A DNA stretch of 64,000 nucleotides from Eledone cirrhosa. Lineage: Eukaryota. The notes beneath the pieces were generated by a model. It did no database searches, had not been told where the DNA came from, and saw only the letters and a program-made list of their open reading frames with translations. A program made the translations under genes and the position numbers. The stretch covers positions 12,561 through 76,560 of the forward strand of contig CAXHJY010000801.1 of NCBI GenBank assembly GCA_964016885.1, in the 5' to 3' direction. Positions 29,885-42,448 of the stretch are shown here, piece after piece. Numbering within the stretch: position 1 is the stretch's first letter; each line of letters opens with the position of its first letter.

Positions 29885-30480
29885 AATAGTAGTAGTATTG
29901 GTAGTTATAGTATCGTAGTAGTTATAGTAGTGGGGGTAGTAGTAGACGTAGTAGTAGTGGTAGTAGCTGTAGTAGTAGTAGTAGTAGTAGTAGTCGTAGT
30001 AGTAGTAGTTTTAATAGTAGTAGTAGTAGTAGTGGTAATAGCACTAGTATTAGTGGTAATAGTAGTAGTAGTAGTAGTAGTAATATCACGTTTAGTAGTA
30101 ATAGTGGTAGTAGCAGTAGAAGTAGTTTTAATAGTAGTAGTAGTAGTGGTGGTAGTAGTAATAACACTAGTATTAGTGGTAATAGTAGTAGTAGTAGTAG
30201 TAGTAGTAGTAATATCACTTTTAGTAGTAATAGTGGTAGTAGTAGTAGTAGTAGTGTTGATAATAGTAGTAGTGGTAGTAGAGGTAGAAATAGCACTAGT
30301 AGTAGTAGCAATGGTAGTAGTAGTGGTGTTAGTGTTGGTGGTGGTGGTAGTAGTGTTAGTAGTAGTAGTAGTAGTAGCAGTAATAGCAGTAGTAGTAGTA
30401 GTAGTAGGGATAGCAATAGTAGTAGTAGTAGTAGTTAGTAGTAGCGATGGTAGTAATAGTAGTAGTAGTAGTAGTAGAAT
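29885..30480. repeat. (GTA)n trinucleotide repeat with an internal duplicated block
   Basis: Direct reading. The Thr-rich and Val-rich ORFs are repeat translations. Confidence 0.93.
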
Positions 30481-30649
30481 GGTGCCAGTGTTGGTGGTGT
30501 GGTTATTGTCCAATAGGTGAGGTGAAAATCGACCACACGTTGTGGTATTTTCTTGATTTTAATGGTGAAATTTTCCGCATCACCACACATTGATATTGTC
30601 CATTGACCTGATGGATGGTAGTCCATATAAGTGCCTCACTCTCTATATA

Positions 30650-30917
30650 TCTATATATAGATGTAAGTATATATATATATGTATGTATATGTATGTATGT
30701 ATATATATGTATATATATGTATGTATGTATGTATATATATGCATGTATATGTATGTATGTATGTATATATATGTATGTATATGTATGTATGTATATATAT
30801 GAATGTATGTATGTATATCTATATATATATATATATATACATATATGTATGTATATATATATATGTATGAATGTATGTATATATATATGAATGTATGTAT
30901 ATATATATATATGTATG

Positions 30918-30966
<49 letters not shown>

Positions 30967-31065
30967 GTATGTATATATATATGTATATATATATATATGT
31001 ATAAATATATGTATATATATATATATATGTATAAATATATGTATATATATATATATATATGTATG

Positions 31066-31105
<40 letters not shown>

Positions 31106-31271
31106 TGTTATATATGTATATATATATATATATATGTTATATATGTATATATATATATATATATATGTTATATATATATATAACATATATATATATGTAT
31201 ATATATATATATGTTATATATGTATATATATATATATGTTATATATGTATATATATATATGTTATATATGT

Positions 31272-31324
<53 letters not shown>

Positions 31325-31413
31325 AGTTATATGTATATATGTATAGTTATATGTATATATGTATAGTTATATGTATATATGTATAGTTATATGTATATAT
31401 GTATAGTTATATG

Positions 31414-31444
<31 letters not shown>

Positions 31445-31546
31445 GTATGTTATATGTATATATGTATAGTTATATGTATATATGTATATATATATATATA
31501 TGTATATATGTATATATATGTATATATATATATATATGTATATATG

Positions 31547-31579
<33 letters not shown>

Positions 31580-31616
31580 GTATATATATGTATATATATA
31601 TATATATGTATATATG

Positions 31617-31665
<49 letters not shown>

Positions 31666-31702
31666 GTATATATATGTATATATATATATATATGTATATA
31701 TG

Positions 31703-31753
<51 letters not shown>

Positions 31754-31788
31754 GTATATATGTATATATATATATATATGTATATATG

Positions 31789-31823
<35 letters not shown>

Positions 31824-31891
31824 GTATATATATTTAAATGTATATATATATATATGTATATATATTTATATGTGTTATATATGTATATGTA

Positions 31892-31934
<43 letters not shown>

Positions 31935-31945
31935 GTATATATATG

Positions 31946-31976
<31 letters not shown>

Positions 31977-31983
31977 GTATATG

Positions 31984-32030
<47 letters not shown>

Positions 32031-32041
32031 GTATATATATG

Positions 32042-32098
<57 letters not shown>

Positions 32099-32128
32099 GT
32101 ATATATATATGTATATATATATATATGT
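30650..32128. repeat. (TA)n/(TATG)n array, left flank of the LINE
   Basis: Direct reading. Includes 20-bp 'gtatagttatatgtatatat' units at ~31320-31410. Confidence 0.95.
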
Positions 32129-32167
32129 ATGAAACTATTGACCCCCCAGTAGCCTCTGTCTCACAGC

Positions 32168-33004
32168 ATGAAACGCCACATCCTTTCTCTGGCCCAGCAG
32201 TCCAATCAACACCACTGCCAACATCTCCATCTCTGCCTACTACTACTACTACTACAACATGAAACTATTGACCCCCCAGTAGCCTCTGTATCACAGCATG
32301 AAACGCCACATCCTTTTTCTGGCCCAGCAGTCCAATCATCACCACTGCCAACATCTCCATCTCTGCCTACTACTACTACAACATTTTTGTCTACTGCTAT
32401 GTCAAGGAATTTACCTTCTAATACCAGAACAAGAACTCTCCCTCCCACAGTCCACAAAGGTCGTCAAATCCTACCCAAACCATCATCTACACCTCTCACA
32501 ACACACACACCCACATACCCACCCACTCGAAACCCCATCATTTGCCGCTACTCTCTACGCTATAGAATATGTACGGATAGTGGCTGCAAATTCACCCATT
32601 TACCTAGGACAAAACGATCTATCCCAACAAACAGCCACCACCATAATACATACTCTAATTTAACACCAACACAACCACCAATAACTCAAACAAGGAATCC
32701 ACAAATCTGCCGTTTTTCCCTGCGAGACAGATTGTGTTTAGACCGGGATTGTCCCTTTACCCATCTCTCGGGGACCCGTCGGACAAATGAAAATAAAATT
32801 AAAAATAAAAGCAAAAACAAAAACCATAACCTACATAAAAATAACCACTACCACAGTCACCAACAGTCTTCTAAACAGGAAACTTCTTCCTCTTTTTTAG
32901 CCATAATGAATCTGGCAAAAGAACTGGAAAAAAACATTCGAGCTATCACCCAGCACCACCCTCCACTATCACCCCACTGCACAAACTCCCATTGCTGCCA
33001 TTAA
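32168..33004 (+). CDS. LINE ORF1 (probably 5'-truncated) with two C-x8-C-x4-C-x3-H (CCCH) zinc fingers
   Basis: [19 protein letters not shown] (32543-32599) and [19 protein letters not shown] (32708-32764) lie in a Pro/Thr/basic context. The true start is uncertain because of a 130-bp 5' duplication. Confidence 0.75.
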   Translation: MKRHILSLAQQSNQHHCQHLHLCLLLLLLQHETIDPPVASVSQHETPHPFSGPAVQSSPLPTSPSLPTTTTTFLSTAMSRNLPSNTRTRTLPPTVHKGRQILPKPSSTPLTTHTPTYPPTRNPIICRYSLRYRICTDSGCKFTHLPRTKRSIPTNSHHHNTYSNLTPTQPPITQTRNPQICRFSLRDRLCLDRDCPFTHLSGTRRTNENKIKNKSKNKNHNLHKNNHYHSHQQSSKQETSSSFLAIMNLAKELEKNIRAITQHHPPLSPHCTNSHCCH

Positions 33005-36000
33005 CAAACAAACAAATTAACAACACGCCAAGACAATTAAAACCATCCACTCTCGCCTCTACATTTTTGCTTAACGCCCAAGGCATCAGCCCTTCCACCA
33101 ATACTCAAAAATGGAAGATCAAATTCCTGGAGGACTGGATTGATGTCCATCCAAACCACATCCCTTTCTTCGTCCTCACTGAAACCCATCTCAGTAACCT
33201 CCACTTGGAAGCCGAGGTGAAAGTGAAAAATTTCAAAGCCATCCGTGCTGATCGCGCTGGCAGAAGAAAGGGCGGAACTGCCATTTATGTCCATAATTCT
33301 TTCTCAACAGAGGCTATGAACATATTCACTAATGGATACTGTGAAGCAGTCACTGTATTCAGTCAAACCAACAACCTATTAGTAGTTGGGCTCTATAGGC
33401 CACCCCAAACGCCTGTACCATGCTTCAAGGAATGCCTCAACAGCATAAAGTGTTTCATCCAAGAGTGTCACCCTGACAACATCTTAATGATGGGGGACTT
33501 CAACCTCCCCGGAGTTGACTGGTCCACAAACAGCCTGCCACCAGGTTCTTCTGCCTCAACCTCTGACAGGGAAGCTGTGGAATCGCTTCTTGACTTCATG
33601 GATGATTTCTTCCTATCCCAACTAGTGCTCGAACCAACGAGGTGCCACAAAAACGTCCTAGACTTAATTTTCAGCAATCACACTGACAATATCCACAATA
33701 TTGCAGTGGAGAAAACTCTACTCTCTGATCATGACATGGTTCTCTGTGATCTGAGATTCCACCGTCCAATATACAAACCCAATGTCATCTCTCCTGTCCA
33801 TCCGTTTGACGCTATGGATTTCCACAATGCAAACTGGGAAGCGATCAGTCATGATCTTGCACATGTCGACTGGTCCTTCACGCACACTCATACACCCACT
33901 AACATCAAAAAGTCCTGGCAGACATTTGTGGACACTGTTACAAACATATGTGCTAAACACACCCCATTAAGAACTATAAACAAATCTAAGAGCAGAATCC
34001 CTAGAAATAGAAAAACGCTCATCAGAAAAATTAAGAGAACGAACAAAAAAATCAACAAGCTGAAATACTGTCAGCAGCAACACATCAACTTGACTGCCAT
34101 TTCATCACTAGAGATTAAAAAACATAACCTCCAAAACAACATAATGTCCCTCATCCACAATCAGAGAAGAGCTGAAGAAGCCTGGGCCATTGAGAAGATC
34201 AAACTCAATCCCAAAGTGTTCTTTTCATTTGCAAAAAAACACAAAATCACTGGCTCTACTGTTGGCCCTCTAATTGATGAAAATGGCACTCTTCAAGACA
34301 ATGCCAAAACCATGGGTGAGATACTGCAGAAACAATACTGCTCTGTTTTCAGCAATCCTGATATGGCCGATCTGGGCTGTATCGGCGATGTTACTCCCCA
34401 TTACACCTTATCGGACATAACGTTTGGCGCCCCTGATGTGTTGGCGGCAATAAAGGAAATCAAGCATAATTCAGCAGTAGGTCCCGATAGGTTCCCTGCT
34501 TGTGTCTTGAAGGCGTGTCAACACCAACTTGCATCTCCTCTTGCCAATCTGTGGCGGAACTCACTGGATGCTGGATATGTGCCAGAAAACCTTCTATCCC
34601 AGTCTGTTGTCCCAGTTTTCAAAAAGGGAAACAAATCCCTTGCCGTGAATTACCGTCCAATCTCACTCACCTCTCATATCATTAAGGTATTTGAGCGAGT
34701 GGTGAGATCGCGAATGACCCACTTCCTTGAGAGTAACAATATGCTGAACTCCAACCAGCATGGATTCCGTAATGGAAGGGATTGCCTGACGCAGCTACTG
34801 CATCACTTTGATGACATTTTGAGAGCCTTGGGAGAGGGTTCCAACACTGATGTTATCTACCTTGATTTCAGCAAGGCCTTTGACAGGGTTGATCATAACA
34901 TTCTACTGAGAAAGCTGTCCAATATTGGTGTCACTGGAAAGCTGCTGCAGTGGATCAAGAGCTTCCTGTCAAACAGAACCCAACATGTTGTAGTTGAGGG
35001 AGTCAAATCAAGCCCAGCCAAAGTCAGTAGTGGGGTCCCACAAGGCACTGTGTTGGGCCCACTTCTCTTCATCATCTATATTAATGACATCACTGACATC
35101 ATCAAACACAGCAACATTAAAATTTTCGCTGATGATTCCAAGCTCCAAAAGGTCATCAATGGCGTGGATGACCGGATAAGCCTTCAGTCAGACCTACTGG
35201 CTGTTACCGAATGGGCAGAAAAGAACAACATGTTACTGAACGAAGACAAATTCGAACTGATCCACTTTGGAAAAGAGGATGCTCTGAAACTCCCGTACTC
35301 CCTTCCCTCCGGGGAAACTCTCGTGGCATCTAACAACATCAGAGACTTGGGAGTAACCGTGGACAGCAACATAAGCTGGACCACGCATATAAGCAGCAAA
35401 GTTGACATGGCCCGCAGAATGTGTTCCTGGATCCTCAGAACCTTCCAGTCGAGAGATTCCCGCACCATTATCCTTCTCTTCTCTACTTTCGCCCGATCAC
35501 ACCTTGAATACTGTTGTCCACTGTGGTCTCCCCACACGAAACAAAGTATCATGAAACTTGAAGCTCCTCAAAGGGCAATCACGAAAAAGATAGATGGCAT
35601 GTCAGACCTTGACTACTGGGGTCGATTAGAAAACCTAAAACTTTACTCACTCCAACGTCGCCGTGAGCGTTATATTATCTGCATGATGTGGAAAATGTTC
35701 CATCATCACTGCCCAAATGATGTTGGCATCGCCTTCAAGATACACCCAAGGCTTGGGCCCCGTGCTATACGTCCCATTCAAAAATCTAAATCGCAACTCA
35801 TAACAACAATACGGCACAATTATTTCACCTCAATCGGCCCTGCTCTCTTCAACATCACACCAGGACACGTCAAAACAGAAACTGACCACACAAAATTCAA
35901 GAAGTCTTTGGACAAATTCCTCCAAGTAATCCCGGACAAACCACCCACACCCGGATATGTCTCCGCAAACAGTAATTCTCTTCTCGAATGGGCCATGGTG

Positions 36001-36012
36001 CCCAAATCCTGA
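32992..36012 (+). CDS. LINE ORF2: AP-like endonuclease + reverse transcriptase
   Basis: Endonuclease motifs NAQG, LTETHL, YRPP, GDFN, LDLIF, SDH. RT motifs [41 protein letters not shown]. No stops over 1006 codons. The frame is open from 32875, and the listed start is a TTG. Confidence 0.97.
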   Translation: MLPLTNKQINNTPRQLKPSTLASTFLLNAQGISPSTNTQKWKIKFLEDWIDVHPNHIPFFVLTETHLSNLHLEAEVKVKNFKAIRADRAGRRKGGTAIYVHNSFSTEAMNIFTNGYCEAVTVFSQTNNLLVVGLYRPPQTPVPCFKECLNSIKCFIQECHPDNILMMGDFNLPGVDWSTNSLPPGSSASTSDREAVESLLDFMDDFFLSQLVLEPTRCHKNVLDLIFSNHTDNIHNIAVEKTLLSDHDMVLCDLRFHRPIYKPNVISPVHPFDAMDFHNANWEAISHDLAHVDWSFTHTHTPTNIKKSWQTFVDTVTNICAKHTPLRTINKSKSRIPRNRKTLIRKIKRTNKKINKLKYCQQQHINLTAISSLEIKKHNLQNNIMSLIHNQRRAEEAWAIEKIKLNPKVFFSFAKKHKITGSTVGPLIDENGTLQDNAKTMGEILQKQYCSVFSNPDMADLGCIGDVTPHYTLSDITFGAPDVLAAIKEIKHNSAVGPDRFPACVLKACQHQLASPLANLWRNSLDAGYVPENLLSQSVVPVFKKGNKSLAVNYRPISLTSHIIKVFERVVRSRMTHFLESNNMLNSNQHGFRNGRDCLTQLLHHFDDILRALGEGSNTDVIYLDFSKAFDRVDHNILLRKLSNIGVTGKLLQWIKSFLSNRTQHVVVEGVKSSPAKVSSGVPQGTVLGPLLFIIYINDITDIIKHSNIKIFADDSKLQKVINGVDDRISLQSDLLAVTEWAEKNNMLLNEDKFELIHFGKEDALKLPYSLPSGETLVASNNIRDLGVTVDSNISWTTHISSKVDMARRMCSWILRTFQSRDSRTIILLFSTFARSHLEYCCPLWSPHTKQSIMKLEAPQRAITKKIDGMSDLDYWGRLENLKLYSLQRRRERYIICMMWKMFHHHCPNDVGIAFKIHPRLGPRAIRPIQKSKSQLITTIRHNYFTSIGPALFNITPGHVKTETDHTKFKKSLDKFLQVIPDKPPTPGYVSANSNSLLEWAMVPKS

Positions 36013-36100
36013 ATTGAAAGACTTCGCCAGGTGGTGCTATTAAGTTAGACATGGCCTGGACCAATACTGGCCAAAACATTTCAAAGTTATTCAAAGTTAT

Positions 36101-36133
36101 ATGTATATATATATATATGTATATATATATATG

Positions 36134-36232
<99 letters not shown>

Positions 36233-36345
36233 GTATATATATATATATATATGTATATATATGTATATATATATGTATATATATGTATATATATATGTAT
36301 ATATATGTATATATATATGTATATATATGTATATATATGTATATA

Positions 36346-36386
<41 letters not shown>

Positions 36387-36769
36387 GTATATATATATGT
36401 ATATATATGTATATATATATGTATATATATGTATATATATGTATATATATATGTATATATATGTATATATATATGTATATATATGTATATATATGTATAT
36501 ATATATGTATATATATGTATATATATATGTATATATATGTATATATGTATATATATGTATATATATGTATATATGTATATATATGTATATATATGTATAT
36601 ATGTATATATATGTATATATGTATATATATATGTATATATATATATGTATATATATATTTATATATATATATGTATATATATATGTATATATATATATGT
36701 ATATATATATTTATATATATATATATCTATATATATATTTATATATATATATATGTATATATATATATT

Positions 36770-36800
<31 letters not shown>

Positions 36801-36859
36801 TTATATATATATATATCTATATATATATTTATATATATATATATGTATATATATATATT

Positions 36860-36890
<31 letters not shown>

Positions 36891-37177
36891 TTATATATAT
36901 ATATATGTATATATATATTTATATATATATATATGTATATATATATTTATATATATATATATGTATATATATATATTTATATATATATATATGTATATAT
37001 ATATATTTATATATATATATATGTATATATATATATTTATATACATATATATGTATATATATATATTTATATACATATATATGTATATATATATATTTAT
37101 ATATGTATATATATATGTATATATATATATATTTATATATGTATATATATATGTATATATATATATATTTATATATG

Positions 37178-37208
<31 letters not shown>

Positions 37209-37215
37209 ATATAAA
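36101..37215. repeat. (TA)n/(TATG)n array, right flank of the LINE
   Basis: Direct reading. Confidence 0.95.
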
Positions 37216-37382
37216 CTGTAATATAATTTGTGTGTGAATTAGTATGTGTGCAATGTATATATATGTTTGTATGTGTGGACAGCGCATGTAAGTTTCTCTA
37301 TATATATATTTACCCACCTGCGCATTACGTCGAGTGCTTTAAACTGCATACAGAGTGTGGTAAGCAACGAACACTTACTAAA

Positions 37383-37425
<43 letters not shown>

Positions 37426-37757
37426 ATTATATATATATATTATATATATATATTATATATATATATTTGTGTGTGCATGTATGTGTTTGTGTGTATATAT
37501 ATGTGTGTGCGTATATAGATATATGTGCGTCTGCTTGAATGAGGATGCGCCTGTGCTGAGGTTTTCTTTAATGCGAGTGTGGTGTGCTCGAGTCGTGCAT
37601 TTGTTGCATTCAATCCGGTATACCCCATGTGTCCGCTGCCACATAACTGTATCGCGAATAGAGGGATAGCGCTGTTAGTAAGCGAGCATTGATTGTTGTT
37701 GTCTCTGGATTGGTTTTGAGGCAGGCAACCACGCAGTGAAGGGCCGGAGTGTGTTAG

Positions 37758-38134
37758 GTTTTGGCCAGTATTGGCTGGGCCAGGCCATGTCTAATTTAAT
37801 AGCACCACCTGGCGAAATCTTTCAAATCAGGATTCGGACAACATAGCCCACTCAAGTTGAGGGTTATTGTTTATGGAGACATATACGTGTGTAGGAGGTT
37901 TATCCAGGATTTCGTGAAGGAATATGTCCAAAGAATTCTTGACATTTATGGGGTCTGTTTCCGTTTTAATGTGTTTTAGTGTAATGTTAAAGAGAACGCG
38001 GCCAATTGAGGTGAAATTATTGTGCCGTATTGTTGCCATGAGATGCGAGTGTGATTTTTGTTGAGGGCGGAAACCCCTGGCCCCAGCCTTAGCTGTACTT
38101 TAAAGGTGATACCGACATCATTTGGACAATGCTG
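37758..38134 (-). mobile_element. Diverged 5'-truncated copy of the same LINE family (last ~375 bp), inverted
   Basis: Translations [12 protein letters not shown]...LGP and TIRHNNFTSIGRVLFNI...DKPPTHVYVS..N...LEWAM match the ORF2 C-terminus. The 3' UTR 'cgccaggtggtgctattaa.ttagacatggcctgg' is conserved. Confidence 0.92.
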
Positions 38135-38441
38135 TATGTCCACTCTTTCTTTGGGCATTGCTCTGCGGATAGCTGTGGTTATGCTGTCACATGCATACAT
38201 ATATCATATATGCCTGCCCTGCATATTTACATACATACACATTTAATGTATGTATGTATGTATAACTATACACATACATATAGGCAGGGAAGTTGAAGTT
38301 TTAACGGAAATATAGTAAATATGACTGTAGTATCCAGAGGAAAACACACTCATTATCTCACGTAAATACATATTGTCTTGCACACACACACACACACCAT
38401 GCACTACACGTACATACACATTAAAAATGAAACACACACAC

Positions 38442-38483
<42 letters not shown>

Positions 38484-39056
38484 TATATATATATATACTT
38501 AAATGTATAAATATATATATATGTGTATATACTTACTGACAAGTAACAACATATATATATATATACTTAAATGTATAAATATATATATATATGTGTATAT
38601 ACTTACTGACAAGTAACAACATATATACACGTATATCCATACACACACACTCATATTTACACACACACACACACAGACACACACATATATATATATGTAT
38701 ATATATACTTACTCATAGGTAACTGTGTGTATAAATATATTTATACATACTCACAGGTGTCTATATATACACGAATGCCCTCATACACACTTACCCAACA
38801 TTTACATAAACACACAACACACAACACAACGCACATAACATACATATATATGTAAATATCATAAATCAATAAGTAAAATTCATTTATTTTCCATGCTTTC
38901 CTCAAATGTTTCTTAATTTAATACATAAATCTAGTAATTTAAATTTAAATTTAGAATTAAAACTCATAACGCGACGTTGTCAGTGAATTCATAAAGTACA
39001 TTTTCCTCGCAAATCATTTTACATCTTTCGTCGTGTGTGTGTGTGGGTGTGTGTGG

Positions 39057-39127
<71 letters not shown>

Positions 39128-39416
39128 CGCATATCTAATTACGTCTGTGTATCTTTTTGTTTGTGTATATGTATCTGTGTTTGTGTTTGTATGTTTGTTC
39201 GTGTGTAAGTATGTATATATGTACGTATATATGTTTGTATGTATGTGTGTATGTGTGTGTTTGTGTGTATGCATGTATGTGTTAGATGCGTAGGCATGTA
39301 TACATATATATGCGTGCGTGTGTGTGTGTTATATAAATGCATGTGTATGTGCATGCATGTGTGTGTGCATGCATATGTAAGTGTATCGTTAAATATTTAT
39401 ATGTATATATATATAC

Positions 39417-39458
<42 letters not shown>

Positions 39459-39890
39459 TATATATACATACGTATATGTATTTTTCTGTGTAAATATATA
39501 TATACATACGTGCCTATATTCAAAGATAAACACATGCACACACACACACCCATATATCTATTCATAGTGAGGGAGAGATAGATGGATAGACAAATAGATC
39601 GATATATTGTGGAACACATGCACAGAACTCCAGGAAGCTAAGCATTACAATTTTAATACATATGAATTGGATACTTCATCAATGAGAGCCCCTGGGGCTA
39701 AAAATGTAATCGAGGCTATGTCTTTGTGTCTATCTGAATTAAACTTATGAAAGCAAGGAAGTTCAAATATACCATATAAAGAAAATATAAATATAGATTA
39801 TTGACTTTAAATCAGCCAGTGTTTCATTCAGCTGTTTCGGTAGATTTTCACGTCATCAGCCACTGTTGCTCTCAAGATACGTTTAGCTAC

Positions 39891-40495
39891 TCTTGGCCCC
39901 AGGGCTACCTCCCTACTTACCACCATAGGCACTGAGCTGGCTACTCCTAGCAGTGGAGACTTCTGGTGTCCTTGGCCCTAGGGCTACCTCTCGACTAACC
40001 ACCATAGGCACTGAGCTGGCTACTCCTAGCAGTGGAGACTTCTGGTGTCCTTGGCCCTAGGGCTACCCCCCCTACTTGCCACCATAGGCACTGAGCTGGC
40101 TACTCCCAGCAGTGGAAACTTCTGGTCTCCTTGGCCCTAGGGCTACCTCCCTACTTACCACCATAGGCACTGAGCTGGCTACTCCTAGCAATGGAGACTT
40201 CTGGTGTCCTTGGCCCCAGGTCTGCCTCCCTATTTACCACCATAGGCACTGAGCTGGCTACTCCTAGCAGTGGAGACTTCTGGTGTCCTTGGCCCTAGGG
40301 CTACCCCCCCTACTTGCCACCATAGGCACTGAGCTGGCTACTCCCAGCAGTGGAAACTTCTGGTCTCCTTGGCCCTAGGGCTACCTCCCTACTTACCACC
40401 ATAGGCACTGAGCTGGCTACTCCTAGCAATGGAGACTTCTGGTGTCCTTGGCCCCAGGTCTGCCTCCCTATTTACCACCATAGGCGCTGAGCTGG
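39891..40495. repeat. GC-rich 79-80-bp tandem repeat, ~7.6 copies, with a 238-bp higher-order trimer
   Basis: Unit 'cttggccctagggctacctccctacttaccaccataggcactgagctggctactcctagcagtggagacttctggtgtc'. The variant pattern of copies 3-5 recurs in copies 6-8. Confidence 0.95.
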
Positions 40496-40631
40496 ACAGC
40501 CGGAGGTGTGAGTGTTATTTTTTCCATAAACTAAATGTATTCAATATATAGTGAATGCATAGTGAATAATGAGGTCCCGAGTTCGATTTCTCTGCGTGGC
40601 AGATTAGCCAGCTGTAGTTAAGCTCGTACAG

Positions 40632-40932
40632 GCGGTAAATTGGCAGCTCCGTTAGACTGTCCGATAAACTGCTTTGCATTTTCGTATCGGCCTTCTGATC
40701 TCTGAGTACAAGTCCCGCCGGGGTCAACTTTAGCTTTCATCTTTTCTAGGTCAGAAAATAGTTGTGTACACTTTTGTCACAAGGCCAGCAATTACCCCAG
40801 CATGTTACTGGTACTTCATGTTATCGACCCTGTAAAGATGAATGGTTACGTTAACCTCGGCAGGATTTGAACTCAGATCGTAAAGGGCCGTAACAAATCA
40901 TGGCGTCCGATCGTCTACCGATACTGCTAATC
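40632..40932. mobile_element. Old plus-strand SINE remnant (40632-40755) followed by a minus-strand SINE copy (~40770-40932)
   Basis: Recognisable A/B-box and core remnants in opposite orientations. Confidence 0.7.
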
Positions 40933-41153
40933 AAGAAATAGTACCAGTCAAATACTGAGGACGGTTCTTACTCGATGTCTTTTTTTTCACGTCCATCCTC
41001 TTATTGTCTATTCTTCTCTGGAAGAAATGGTCTGCATTCGAAACTGGAGAGGGGATGGGCTGCCCCAGGGTTTTAAAAATGCCCTAGAAACGCCGTATGT
41101 CATTACTGCCACGACTCCCTCAGGAGTCACGGGTCCATACATTATAATTTGGT

Positions 41154-41507
41154 GGATTGACCGTATTGGTAGAGGGTCGGACGCCATGCTTTGTAGCATA
41201 GAGTTATGCCTCTTTACGGTCTGATTTCAAATTCCGTGGATTGTCCGTATTGGTAGAGGTTCGGTCGCCATGCTTTGTAGCATAGAGTTATGCCCCTTTA
41301 CGGTCTGATTTCAAATTCCGTGGATTGACCGTATTGGTAGAGGGTCGGACGCCATGCTTTGCAGCATAGAGTTATGCCCCTTTACGGTCTGATTTCAAAT
41401 TCCGCCGAGGTTAACTTCGCCTTTCATTTTTACGGGGTTGATAAACTAAAGTACCAGTAATATACTGGGATAATTGCTGGGCTTGTGCCAAAAGTAGAAA
41501 CAATTAT
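41154..41507 (+). mobile_element. SINE with a triplicated 84-bp tRNA-like head
   Basis: The head unit starts at 41154, 41238 and 41322, followed by a single core and tail. 'attataatttggt' at 41141 and 41504 is a candidate target-site duplication (TSD). Confidence 0.9.
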
Positions 41508-41647
41508 AATTTGGTCTCCGCATCGCAATTAATTCGGCGAGTCAAATCTTTGGAGTGGAGTTGTTTTGGCAGACACAGCGTGGAAGCCCGTCGGTTGATT
41601 ATTGCTTGTAATTCACAGGATATTCAGGCCACACCACTACATTCATA

Positions 41648-41862
41648 ATGGCTTCTTATTTAGGCACAAGGCCAGCAATTTGGAAGCGGGGAGGGAAAAG
41701 TCGATGAAATTGACCCCAGTGCGTGACTGGTACTTTATTTTATCGACCCCGTAAAGATGAAAGGCAAAGTTAACCTCGGCGGGATTTGAACTCAGATCAT
41801 AAAGGGCCGTAACTCTATGCGGCAAAGCATGGCATCCGACCCTCTACCGATATTGCCAATCC
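41648..41862 (-). mobile_element. SINE copy, long-tail variant
   Basis: Has an extra segment 'ttggaagcgggagggaaaagtcgatgaaattg' between core and tail that most other copies lack. Confidence 0.85.
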
Positions 41863-41999
41863 CACATTCATACTAACTACCAACGTCACCTCCGCCATCT
41901 TTTTTTTTATTCCTCTCCCACCATGACCATCGCCATCAACACTTCCAGCATTTCCCCTATTACTTTCACCACCAACACAACTACCATTGTTATCATTCT

Positions 42000-42325
42000 C
42001 ATCAAAAAATCACCATCACCACCATCATCACCATCATCACCACCATCATCATCATCACCACCACCATCATCACCATCATCACCATCATCATCGTCATCAC
42101 CATCATCATCACCACCACCACCACCGCCGCCACCATCACCACCACCACCAACATCATCACCACCACCACCACCACCATCATCATCACCAGCACCATAATC
42201 ATCATCATCACATATCGCCGTTGTAATCATCACCATCATCATCACCACCACCACCACCACCGCCACCAGCACCATCATCATCACATATCGCCGTTGTAAT
42301 CATCACCAGCGTCGTCATCATCATA
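42000..42325. repeat. (CAC/CAT)n trinucleotide repeat
   Basis: Direct reading. Confidence 0.93.
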
Positions 42326-42448
42326 CAGTATCTCTCTTCTTAATGACAATTAATGAATGAAGCATGGAAGGTGTTGATAATTAAAAGTGATGCGTAATGA
42401 AGTCGTCCTTCTGAAGTGACAGCTGAAGTTGTCAACGTGTCACGCCGC

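Larger units (their letters stand above)
32129..36100 (+). mobile_element. Near-complete CR1/L2-group LINE inserted in a (TA)n microsatellite
   Basis: ORF1 remnant plus an uninterrupted APE-RT ORF2. The short 3' UTR has a stem-loop (tggcc...ggcca, 36052-36073) and a tandem tail (tcaaagttat)x2 at 36081-36100. TA arrays lie on both sides. Confidence 0.95.

Noticed and set aside
32904-32908. TAATG stop-start motif as the ORF2 reinitiation signal
   Set aside because: The TAA is not in the ORF1 frame, and the ATG is in the ORF1 frame rather than the ORF2 frame.
39891-40495. CRISPR-like appearance of regular repeats (also 10110-10294, 11170-14840 and 16133-16366)
   Set aside because: The units are contiguous tandem repeats without unique spacers, no cas genes are present, and the context is eukaryotic.
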